Assembly: GCA_039028875.1 (NCBI GenBank)
Contig: JBCCHE010000002.1
Span: forward strand, 98,345 to 162,344
Length of the DNA: 64,000 nucleotides
Origin: Myxococcota bacterium
Lineage (GTDB): Bacteria > Myxococcota_A > Polyangia > Polyangiales > Houyiibacteriaceae
Direction of reading: 5' to 3'
The notes beneath the pieces are model-generated. The model ran no database searches. It was not told the DNA's origin and was given only the letters and a program-made list of their open reading frames with translations. Every line of letters starts with the position of its first letter. The stretch's first letter is position 1. The position numbers and the translations under genes are program-made. Below, one piece after another: positions 55,676 through 62,854 of the stretch.

Positions 55676-56245
55676 ATGAGTCGGAAACCGACCGCCCTCG
55701 TGCTCGTAGCCCAGGGCACCGAAGAAATGGAAGCGGTGATCACCATCGACGTCCTCCGCCGCGGGGGCATCGACGTCACCGTCGCGGGACTGGACGGCGC
55801 CGTGCCAACCCGATGCAGCCGCAGCGTCGTCATCGTCCCAGACGTGTCCGTCGACGACATTGATGGGGACTACGACGTCATCGTCCTCCCGGGCGGCGCT
55901 GAAGGCGCCAAGCGTCTCGCCGGGTCCAAACGCGTGGGCGAGTTGCTCAAGGCGCAGGAAAAGTCAGACCGATGGGTCGCCGCAATCTGCGCCGCGCCCG
56001 TCGCGCTCCACACGCACCAGGTGTTCGAGGGGCGACGCATGACCAGTCACCCGAGCGTGAAGCCCACGCTCGACGAATGGGCGACCTACAGCCAGAGCTC
56101 GGTCGTCCAGGATGGGAACTTGGTCACCAGTCGCGGCCCCGGGACAGCCTTCGCGTTCGCACTCCGCCTCGTCGGCATTCTCACCGATGCCGAAACGATG
56201 GCCGAGGTCCGCGCGCCGATGATGTTCCCGGTGCAGGTGTCGTAG
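55676..56245 (+). CDS. DJ-1/PfpI-family protein (YajL/DJ-1-like)
   Basis: ALVLVAQGTEEMEAVITIDVLRRGG.., VLPGG..GA, the nucleophile elbow AAICAAP, and TSRGPGTAFAFAL. Confidence 0.9.
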   Translation: MSRKPTALVLVAQGTEEMEAVITIDVLRRGGIDVTVAGLDGAVPTRCSRSVVIVPDVSVDDIDGDYDVIVLPGGAEGAKRLAGSKRVGELLKAQEKSDRWVAAICAAPVALHTHQVFEGRRMTSHPSVKPTLDEWATYSQSSVVQDGNLVTSRGPGTAFAFALRLVGILTDAETMAEVRAPMMFPVQVS

Positions 56246-56453
56246 TGGTCCGGTAGACAGGATTTCCGCTGCGGGTGCGAGTGAGATCCCGGCTGAAAGC
56301 GATGTGGCTCACGCTGCGATCTGCAAATCTTGCGTGCGCGTTGGCGAATCGACACGCGCACCAGGCGGCCGTTGACGCGCGACGCGATCTCGCCTTAGCC
56401 TCGTGTAACTCGCGAGGGCGCCCGTTCTTCGGGTCCTCGGAAATGGAGTTCGT

Positions 56454-57284
56454 ATGACTATCTTGACCTTACCCCGCAGCCGCCCTGCGTGCGCATGGGC
56501 CTTCTTAGCGATCACAGCCCCCCTCGTCTTGGGCGCGTGCGGCGACAGCAGTCCCGAGAGTACCGACCCGCAGGTCGTGATCGAGATCCAAGCCCCCACC
56601 ACCGAACAAGGGGCCACCATCACCCAGCTGGACTATGAGATCGCGTGCGACACCGAGTGGCGCGACGTCGACGCGGATGGCGTCTTCATGCCGGCGACGC
56701 GGCGAAGCGGCACCATGGAGCTCTTGGGTCCGGCCCGTTCAACCTCGGGCACCGAGCTCTCCAACACGAGCCTCTGGAGCGCGATCGAAGCGCCGCTCGA
56801 CGGACTGTGCCTCCTCAACCTCATCGGAAGCGACGAGCAAGAGAGATCGATCTGCGCGAGTGCGGCCACGTTCCAAGCGATCGACGGGGAGACGACCGTG
56901 GTCGACCGTGCCGTCGGATGCATGGAGGTCCCGGCCTTCATTGGGGACCTCTCCTTGTTCGCCGAAGCGCCCGAACTCGTGGGCGGGCTCGAACTCGAAA
57001 CCGTCGAGTTCACCGTCGACTGCGCCGCAGGAGGAACGGACTTCTTCGGAGGAGACGTCAGCTCCAAGGCCCAAGTCAACCTCAACGGAAACCTCGAAGT
57101 CTTTCAAGAGCCCACCGGCCTCGACGTCCAAGGCACCTTCGGCGAACTCCCCGTCGGCTCCTGCACCGTCCAACTCCGTGCCCGCGACCAAGACAACGAA
57201 GTCCGCTGCATCGCCAACGACCGCGTCACCATCGCCCCAGAGCAAACTCGAAGGTTGGAGATGGTGATAGGGTGCGACGCATAG
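56454..57284 (+). CDS. hypothetical lipoprotein
   Basis: GGAG RBS. Lipobox (LVLGAC). Acidic and Cys-containing, ending ...RRLEMVIGCDA. No family recognised. Confidence 0.65.
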   Translation: MTILTLPRSRPACAWAFLAITAPLVLGACGDSSPESTDPQVVIEIQAPTTEQGATITQLDYEIACDTEWRDVDADGVFMPATRRSGTMELLGPARSTSGTELSNTSLWSAIEAPLDGLCLLNLIGSDEQERSICASAATFQAIDGETTVVDRAVGCMEVPAFIGDLSLFAEAPELVGGLELETVEFTVDCAAGGTDFFGGDVSSKAQVNLNGNLEVFQEPTGLDVQGTFGELPVGSCTVQLRARDQDNEVRCIANDRVTIAPEQTRRLEMVIGCDA

Positions 57285-57307
57285 AGCGCACGTCGGGCCC
57301 GACTCAC
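57263..57307. repeat. copy 1 of a duplicated 3' element (overlaps the last 7 codons of the lipoprotein gene)
   Basis: GGTGATAGGGTGCGACGCATAGAGCGCACGTCGGGCCCGACTCAC, which contains the perfect palindrome GTCGGGCCCGAC. It matches 59016-59054 at 35/39 positions plus a 6-nt indel. Confidence 0.6.
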
Positions 57308-57579
57308 GACTAATCCATCGTGAGGGGCTCGCGGTCGAAGATGAAGACAACTTCCGCGTTGGCGACCTCTGGCGCCACGAATTCTTCCGCGGACGCTGCG
57401 CGTGCTCACAGCACAAGCGATGGGAGTAGATGCGACCGTGAGTACAACCGCTTCGCTGGACGCTACCGTCTGCGCCAGCGGGTCGCCGCACCTCGCACGA
57501 ACAATTACGTATAGAGGCCAAGCCGACGTTTTGGTAGGCCACGAGAAGTCTTGCTCACTCCGAGCCTAGGAGATGGTCT

Positions 57580-58473
57580 ATGTCTGTTCATCAGATGGGC
57601 CACGTGCGACCCCCTGACGTCAGAGGGTCCGCTCGAAGCGCCCCAGTTCCGAACCCGTGGATAGTCGGTCTCTTGGTGGTCGCAGCCGGCATGGCGGGTG
57701 GCCTTACCTGCGACAGGTCCGGTGACCCAAGTCTTTCGTCCCTTGAGATCGTCGTGGACGGCACGAACCGCCTGACCTTCAACTCATCAACCCTTCGATA
57801 CTCGCTTTGGTTCGACGATTCGGTCGAGGCAACGGTCGTCGCCACGGCAAACGACCCGAGCGCTCGCATCAACTGGAGCATCGGCCCGGAGAGCGGTTTC
57901 GTAGGAGTCGGATCGGGTGAGGTGACCGTCACGCTTGGGGCGGCGCCCGCCCTCTTTGTCACCGTCCGGGCTGGTGACACGGTACGAAGTTACCAGTTGA
58001 ACCTGAACCCCGCGTGCCCCGCGGGCGACACATGCTCGAACGGTGGCGGCCCCGACGGAACCTGCGTCGACAACACTTGTGTCCAGTGTACGCCGGGGGC
58101 GCCGGAGGTATGTGACGGCCAAGACAACGACTGCGACGGACAAGTCGACGAGAACGACACTTGCACGCCACTGTCATCGACATGCGTCGGACCTTCGTTC
58201 CGTGGTCAGGACCTCGACGGCACTGACCTCAGCGCCCGCGCTGACCTCGAATGCGCCGACTTCCGCCACGCGTCCCTGCGCGGTGCGGTACTCCGACGCG
58301 TCGACCTCTCTTTCGCCGACTTCACGGGAGCCGACCTTCGGGACGCGGACCTCAGCGGTTCCGATGCAAGCGACGCCATTTTTTCAGATGCCGACCTCAG
58401 TTTCGCCGACCTTTTCGGCACCGACCTCGACAACGCCGTTTTTCAAGGCGCAGACCTGACCGGCGCCCTTTGA
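57580..58473 (+). CDS. cadherin-like beta-sandwich + MopE-like Cys motif + pentapeptide-repeat protein
   Basis: AGGAG RBS and an N-terminal anchor. LSSLEIVVDGTNRLTFNSSTLRYSLW...VVATAND is cadherin-like. EVCDGQDNDCDGQVDE is the myxobacterial metal-binding-type motif. The C-terminal ~90 aa are A(D/N)LxG-type pentapeptide repeats. Confidence 0.75.
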   Translation: MSVHQMGHVRPPDVRGSARSAPVPNPWIVGLLVVAAGMAGGLTCDRSGDPSLSSLEIVVDGTNRLTFNSSTLRYSLWFDDSVEATVVATANDPSARINWSIGPESGFVGVGSGEVTVTLGAAPALFVTVRAGDTVRSYQLNLNPACPAGDTCSNGGGPDGTCVDNTCVQCTPGAPEVCDGQDNDCDGQVDENDTCTPLSSTCVGPSFRGQDLDGTDLSARADLECADFRHASLRGAVLRRVDLSFADFTGADLRDADLSGSDASDAIFSDADLSFADLFGTDLDNAVFQGADLTGAL

Positions 58474-58475
58474 CC

Positions 58476-59012
58476 ATGGAGCACATCATGAACGCGATTC
58501 TTCGACCCACCCTCATCGCTTGCGCCACGCTCGTGGCCGCTATCGGAACCGGGGCGCCGACGGCGACGGCCCAAGAGGCAGCGTACCTCTTTCTCGACGG
58601 GATCTCCGGCGAGTCCACCACTCCCACGGGTGACGGCAACGCCATTCTCTGCGTGAAACTGACTCTGTCCGGGGCAAACGAAAACGCTGGTGGTGCCACC
58701 GGTGGTGTCTTCACCCTTGGACCCGTCACCTGCCGCATGCAAGGCGACCGAAGCGCGCCGGCCCTGCTTCAGGCCTCCGTCGAAGGAGCTCCCCGACAGG
58801 CGGAGATCCGCACCTTCCGCGGCGGACAGGGCGGGCCCTCAGGCGTGCAAGGGTTCTACACCCTCCGCAGCCAGTCGGCGATCGTGAACTCGATCCGCTT
58901 CGTCACGTCGGTCGCCAGCGGCGAGCCACCGCTGATCGAGTTCGAACTCTTATTCCAGACACTGGAGATCAGGCACGAACCGAGCGGCGACGCGTACAAT
59001 TTCGAGCCATAG
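58476..59012 (+). CDS. Hcp-like (T6SS tube protein fold) protein with a Sec signal peptide
   Basis: The ATG lies 3 nt after the upstream stop. The signal is MNAILRPTLIACATLVAAIGTGAPTATAQ. The mature part aligns by eye to P. aeruginosa Hcp1 as I recall it: YLFLDGISGES ~ MFIKIGDVKGES; GDRSAPALLQASVEGAP.QAEI ~ DKSTPNLMMACSSGKHYPQAKL; and the C-terminal strands. Confidence 0.65.
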   Translation: MEHIMNAILRPTLIACATLVAAIGTGAPTATAQEAAYLFLDGISGESTTPTGDGNAILCVKLTLSGANENAGGATGGVFTLGPVTCRMQGDRSAPALLQASVEGAPRQAEIRTFRGGQGGPSGVQGFYTLRSQSAIVNSIRFVTSVASGEPPLIEFELLFQTLEIRHEPSGDAYNFEP

Positions 59013-59015
59013 CCT

Positions 59016-59054
59016 GGTGATAGGATGCGACGCTTGGAACGCACGTCGACTCAC
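59016..59054. repeat. copy 2 of the duplicated 3' element
   Basis: GGTGATAGGATGCGACGCTTGGAACGCACGTCGACTCAC. In its own frame it still encodes ..LVIGCDA.., the C-terminus of the lipoprotein at 56454..57284, but it is out of frame with the Hcp-like gene. Confidence 0.6.
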
Positions 59055-59188
59055 CCAAGACCGCTGAAGGGCAGTTTTTCCGAAGCCTGCGGAACTTGGG
59101 TGTGAACCCTACGAATGAACGCCACGTTCGTCGCGCGTGTGTGTCTCCAGATCTTGCGGGGTCCCCGTCAGCTCGCCGCTCACGTCTC

Positions 59189-59220
59189 TTTACATTTCTT
59201 AACGCGCCAGAGAAATGCGG
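59189..59220 (+). promoter_or_regulatory. conserved box A (TTTACATTTCTTAAC + GC stem / A-rich loop)
   Basis: TTTACATTTCTTAACGCGCCAGAGAAATGCGG, 172 nt upstream of the ATG at 59361. It is one of three near-identical boxes. Confidence 0.45.
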
Positions 59221-59360
59221 TAAACGCTTGTCGCCTAAAGCCACGGGATGACTCCTAACGTTTCCCGGCAAGAGTATGTCGATTTCCTCGAGGAAGGCCG
59301 ACGACAGGCGGCCACCCGAATGCTCTCGGCCTGAACAGGGCCCGCGGAAAGCCTCACACG

Positions 59361-60026
59361 ATGGCCCCGATCGCAGTCTTAGTGCTCGGCACACCCATAT
59401 TCGGGCTTTCGCTGAGCCTCGATCCTGTGGCTGATTTCGGCTACTCGCACTTGGATGGTTCCACGAATGTTCTTGAACTCGAGGTGCCCGCGGAACTCGA
59501 TCGACCCGGCCCCACCACGGCAGAGCTGCTTCGTCGCCGCAACAAGATCAAGCGTGTGCACAAGGCGCTGGGAATCGCGACGTGGTCAGCGACCACCCTC
59601 ACGGTGATCTCCGGCATCTTCCAGTTCCAGGACAAATTTGGCTGGTGGGCCAGCCAAGGTGACGCGCCGTGCGAGCCCAGCTGTGGCGATGTGCCCGCCC
59701 TTCACTTGGCTCTCGGAGCGCTCACGGGCGCCCTGTTCTTCGCGACTTTCGGCTTGTCTTTCGCGATGCCTGATCCGCTAAACGCGAGCGAGGGCGACGG
59801 TGACTTCGCTCGCAAGTTGCGGACCCACAAGGCCCTGCGTTGGGTCACCTTTGGTGGAATACTCGCCCAGATCGGGCTCGGGCTGGTCATCTCGAACCCT
59901 CAGTGGTTCGGAATGAGTCGTGCCGAGAACTACAACGCGTTGCGAGCGCTGGCGACGACACACTTCGCGATCGGCGGCGTCACGTGGGGGGCACTCACGT
60001 GGCAAGGCGCGATCATGGTCTTCTGA
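59361..60026 (+). CDS. hypothetical 4-TM membrane protein with an internally duplicated His-containing motif
   Basis: Two repeats of (K/R)x(V/T)HKAL(G/R).. precede TM helices (KRVHKALGIATW..., LRTHKALRWVTF...). Further His residues sit at the starts of TM2 and TM4 (ALHLALGAL, THFAIGG). Confidence 0.6.
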   Translation: MAPIAVLVLGTPIFGLSLSLDPVADFGYSHLDGSTNVLELEVPAELDRPGPTTAELLRRRNKIKRVHKALGIATWSATTLTVISGIFQFQDKFGWWASQGDAPCEPSCGDVPALHLALGALTGALFFATFGLSFAMPDPLNASEGDGDFARKLRTHKALRWVTFGGILAQIGLGLVISNPQWFGMSRAENYNALRALATTHFAIGGVTWGALTWQGAIMVF

Positions 60027-60061
60027 CGGCTAGCAGAACGAAGCGGAGGCAGCCATCCCGA

Positions 60062-60667
60062 TCACCCCTCCGTCGCTGACATTGGGCCACGAGAGCGCGA
60101 GACGGCGCGGCTCGCCTCGGCGGGGCGTGCTACTGCCGCCAGAAAGCTAGCGAGTCTCTCGACCAGAGCGACGTACTGCTTATGAGCGGTATCCGGGTGC
60201 CGCTCTTGCAGTAGACCGTAGAGGTGATCGTGGGCTTGGGGCCACGGGGGTCCTGGGACCTTGACTCCCATGCGATCGAGGCCCGATCTGCCCAGCTCGA
60301 TCAAAAGGGCCTCCGCCGTGCGCTCGCCGCGTGCCTTGTCGCGCACCCCCTTGGCGATCAAGTCCGCTTCGGGCAGTTCCGTCCAAGCGCGAGGCTCAGA
60401 GAGATTGGCGGCGGGGTCGACGGACGGCAGTCGCTCGGAGGGAGCAAGAAGCGACAACGGGTCCGCCGGCCCTGCAGCCCGACATCGGCGGTCGAGCTCC
60501 CTGCCAATGCGCGCCCAGTACTCGATCTGCTTCGAGACGCTTCGAAACTCCGTCACCGCCGTGGTGCGAGCGAAATCGACGAGCTCCTCGGATATGCGAA
60601 CAAGAACGCTTCCCACGGCTCTCAGCTTAGATCTCGGGCAATGAACCGCAACAGACCAAGCCATCAA
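60062..60667 (-). CDS. ParD-like-domain protein with a ~130-aa C-terminal extension
   Basis: VLVRISEELVDFARTTAVTEFRSVSKQIEYWARIGRELD resembles the ParD_like antitoxin family pattern (..isdeLv..A......RS...QIEyWa.lGr). The start is uncertain. No toxin gene is adjacent. Confidence 0.55.
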   Translation of the reverse strand: MMAWSVAVHCPRSKLRAVGSVLVRISEELVDFARTTAVTEFRSVSKQIEYWARIGRELDRRCRAAGPADPLSLLAPSERLPSVDPAANLSEPRAWTELPEADLIAKGVRDKARGERTAEALLIELGRSGLDRMGVKVPGPPWPQAHDHLYGLLQERHPDTAHKQYVALVERLASFLAAVARPAEASRAVSRSRGPMSATEG

Positions 60668-60688
60668 AAGCGGCGCAAGAGCCTCGAC

Positions 60689-60718
60689 TTTACAATTCTT
60701 AATACCGCGGCAAAGCGG
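60689..60718 (+). promoter_or_regulatory. conserved box B (TTTACAATTCTTAAT + stem)
   Basis: TTTACAATTCTTAATACCGCGGCAAAGCGG lies in the 81-nt divergent gap between 60667(-) and 60749(+). Confidence 0.45.
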
Positions 60719-60748
60719 TGGACAAGAGGCGTTCGTAGCGTAAGCCCA

Positions 60749-61495
60749 ATGAGTCTTGACGGTTCATCGACATGTGATCTCGGGGAAGCTCGAGATCGGA
60801 CGCGGGCGTTCATCGGCCGAGTCCTCTTGATCGACGACGATGCGAGACTTGCTGAGATGATTCAGGAGTACCTCCAAGGCAACGGGTTTCATGTTGTGGT
60901 GGCCGGGAATGGATCGACCGGGGTTCACCTCCACAGAAACGAACCGTTCGACACGATCATCTTAGACTTGATGCTGCCCGACATCGACGGGCTTGAAGTG
61001 TGCCGAAGCCTTAGGGCCGAGGACAGTGTGCCGATCCTGATGCTTACGGCGAAAGGCGACCCGATGGACCGAATCATCGGTCTCGAGCTTGGAGCAGACG
61101 ACTATCTACCAAAGCCATTCGAGCCACGCGAGCTACTGGCCAGGTTAAAGGCGATCCTGCGTCGCGGCCGGTCGGAGGTGGCCAACAACGTGGCCCGGTT
61201 CGGGCGCCTCGAAATCGACCGTGATGCGATGGAGGCTCGGCTGGACGGCAGGCGCTGCGAGCTGACCGCCTATCAGTTTCAGCTCCTAGACATTCTTGCA
61301 CAGGGTGCGGGTCGAGTACTGACCCGTGACTACCTGATGCGACAGCTGCAAGGCGCCGCAATGGGAGTCTTCGATCGTTCGATAGACGTCCATGTGTCTC
61401 GAATCCGCGCCGAGATCGAGGACGACCCGAAGCACCCTCGAAGGATCATCACCGTCCGAGGCGCCGGGTACGTTTTCGCGCGGACCCAGGAGTAG
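60749..61495 (+). CDS. OmpR/PhoB-family response regulator, CpxR-like
   Basis: The receiver is VLLIDDD...IILDLMLPDIDG...LMLTAKG. The linker LGADDYLPKPFEPRELLARLKAILRR is present, as is the winged helix (ELTAYQFQLLDILAQGAGRVLTRDYL....FDRSIDVHVSRIRAEIE..RIITVRGAGY). The track ORF is trimmed to the ATG at 60749. Confidence 0.9.
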   Translation: MSLDGSSTCDLGEARDRTRAFIGRVLLIDDDARLAEMIQEYLQGNGFHVVVAGNGSTGVHLHRNEPFDTIILDLMLPDIDGLEVCRSLRAEDSVPILMLTAKGDPMDRIIGLELGADDYLPKPFEPRELLARLKAILRRGRSEVANNVARFGRLEIDRDAMEARLDGRRCELTAYQFQLLDILAQGAGRVLTRDYLMRQLQGAAMGVFDRSIDVHVSRIRAEIEDDPKHPRRIITVRGAGYVFARTQE

Positions 61496-61499
61496 AGTC

Positions 61500-62771
61500 G
61501 TGATCTGGCATCGGCTCTATATTCAGATCTGCGTCGTCGTTGCGGTAGCTCTGCTCGCGTTCGCAGTACTCGCGAACCTGCTCTGGGCCAACATCGATCC
61601 GGACCGCTACTACCACGCCATCTTCGAGAAAACCACGGCTCTTGCAACCCTGCTCCTACCGCCGATCGATGCTCCGGCCGACGAGCAGCAGCGTCAGATC
61701 GAATCAGTCTCGGCTGCCCTCGACTTCGGGATCACAGTGTGGGCCGAGGATGGTCGGTTGATCGCGGCGAGCGCTGAACCCGCTCGCCCACCCACCGGTG
61801 GTCTCTATCGCGGGGTCTGGACTTCGGCCAAGGGCGAGACGCAGTTTGCAACGCTGCTCCCCGATGGGCGCCGTCTCGTCATCGATTTGGATCGCCTAGC
61901 CGTTCCGAGCGACTCGGCCATGTTCGGAATCGCTTTGGCCCTCCTTGCTGTGTTTATCGTAGTGATCATGTACCCGTTCATTCGGTCGATGACCCGACGG
62001 CTCGAGCGTCTGCAGGGCGAGGTAGAGCGGATCGGGTCTGGCAATCTAGGCGCCCGCGTCGATGTCCAGGGTCGCGACGAGATCGCGAAGCTAGCCGGAA
62101 GCTTCAACAACGCCGCACAGGAGATTGAGAAGCTCGTGACGGCCCAGCGACTACTGCTGGCGAATGCCTCACACGAACTCCGAACCCCGCTCGCCCGCAT
62201 TCGACTTGGAATCGAGATGTTGTCTATCCGCGACGACCCCGGTCGTCGCTCGGCCCTACAACGCGACATCGGCGAGCTCGACGATCTCATCAACGAGCTG
62301 ATCCTCATGACTCGCCTGGATACGGGCCTCGGGCATCCCGACTTTCAGCCCGTCGACCTCGTTGCCGTGGTTGCCGAGGAGTGTGCACGGTACCGCGGTT
62401 GTTCGTTCGAAGGGACCGCCTCCGAGTTGTCGGGCGACCGGCGAATGCTGCAGCACCTCGTCAGGAACCTGATCGACAATGCCCACACGCACGGGGCCCC
62501 ACCCGTGCAGGTCCAGCTCCTCGAACAGGGCGGCGTCGTCTCCCTCACGGTGACCGACGCGGGGCCGGGCATCCCTGAGGACCAACAAGACAAGGTCCTC
62601 AAGCCGTTCTATCGCGCCACAAACAAGCAGAACGTACCCGGTTACGGCCTGGGTCTGGCGCTAGTCCAGAAAATCGCCGAAACACACGGGGGATCGGTCT
62701 CGATCCAAACGACCCCGAAATCCGCGATCTCCGTGTCGTTTCCGACGCGACTTGCCGCACAGGCCGCCTGA
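61500..62771 (+). CDS. sensor histidine kinase (periplasmic domain, HAMP, HisKA, HATPase; CpxA/RstB-like)
   Basis: GTG at 61500 with AGGAG 8 nt upstream. There are two TM helices. The H-box is ANASHELRTPLARI, the N-box LVRNLIDNAHTHG, and the G-boxes DAGPGIPE and GYGLGLALV. Confidence 0.9.
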   Translation: MIWHRLYIQICVVVAVALLAFAVLANLLWANIDPDRYYHAIFEKTTALATLLLPPIDAPADEQQRQIESVSAALDFGITVWAEDGRLIAASAEPARPPTGGLYRGVWTSAKGETQFATLLPDGRRLVIDLDRLAVPSDSAMFGIALALLAVFIVVIMYPFIRSMTRRLERLQGEVERIGSGNLGARVDVQGRDEIAKLAGSFNNAAQEIEKLVTAQRLLLANASHELRTPLARIRLGIEMLSIRDDPGRRSALQRDIGELDDLINELILMTRLDTGLGHPDFQPVDLVAVVAEECARYRGCSFEGTASELSGDRRMLQHLVRNLIDNAHTHGAPPVQVQLLEQGGVVSLTVTDAGPGIPEDQQDKVLKPFYRATNKQNVPGYGLGLALVQKIAETHGGSVSIQTTPKSAISVSFPTRLAAQAA

Positions 62772-62803
62772 GCTTCAGCGCGGAAGGCGACAAAGCGCAC
62801 CGA

Positions 62804-62834
62804 TTTACACTTCTTAACCGGCGCGAGAAACGCC
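62804..62834 (+). promoter_or_regulatory. conserved box C (TTTACACTTCTTAAC + stem)
   Basis: TTTACACTTCTTAACCGGCGCGAGAAACGCC. The core ends 37 nt before the GTG at 62855 and 46 nt before the ATG at 62864. Confidence 0.45.
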
Positions 62835-62854
62835 CGAAGCATTGGCGGCCTAGG

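Noticed and set aside
57376-57396. Possible fourth, degenerate copy of the TTTACA-N-TTCTTAA box (CCACGAATTCTTCCGCGGACGC)
   Set aside because: It lacks the TTTAC half-site and shares only ATTCTT..CCGCGG. It more likely belongs to the diverged duplication downstream of the 3' element.
58476-59012. Interpreting the Hcp-like gene as evidence for a type VI secretion locus
   Set aside because: No TssA-M, VgrG, PAAR or ClpV-like genes occur anywhere in the window, and the protein has a Sec signal. It is reported instead as an atypical orphan.
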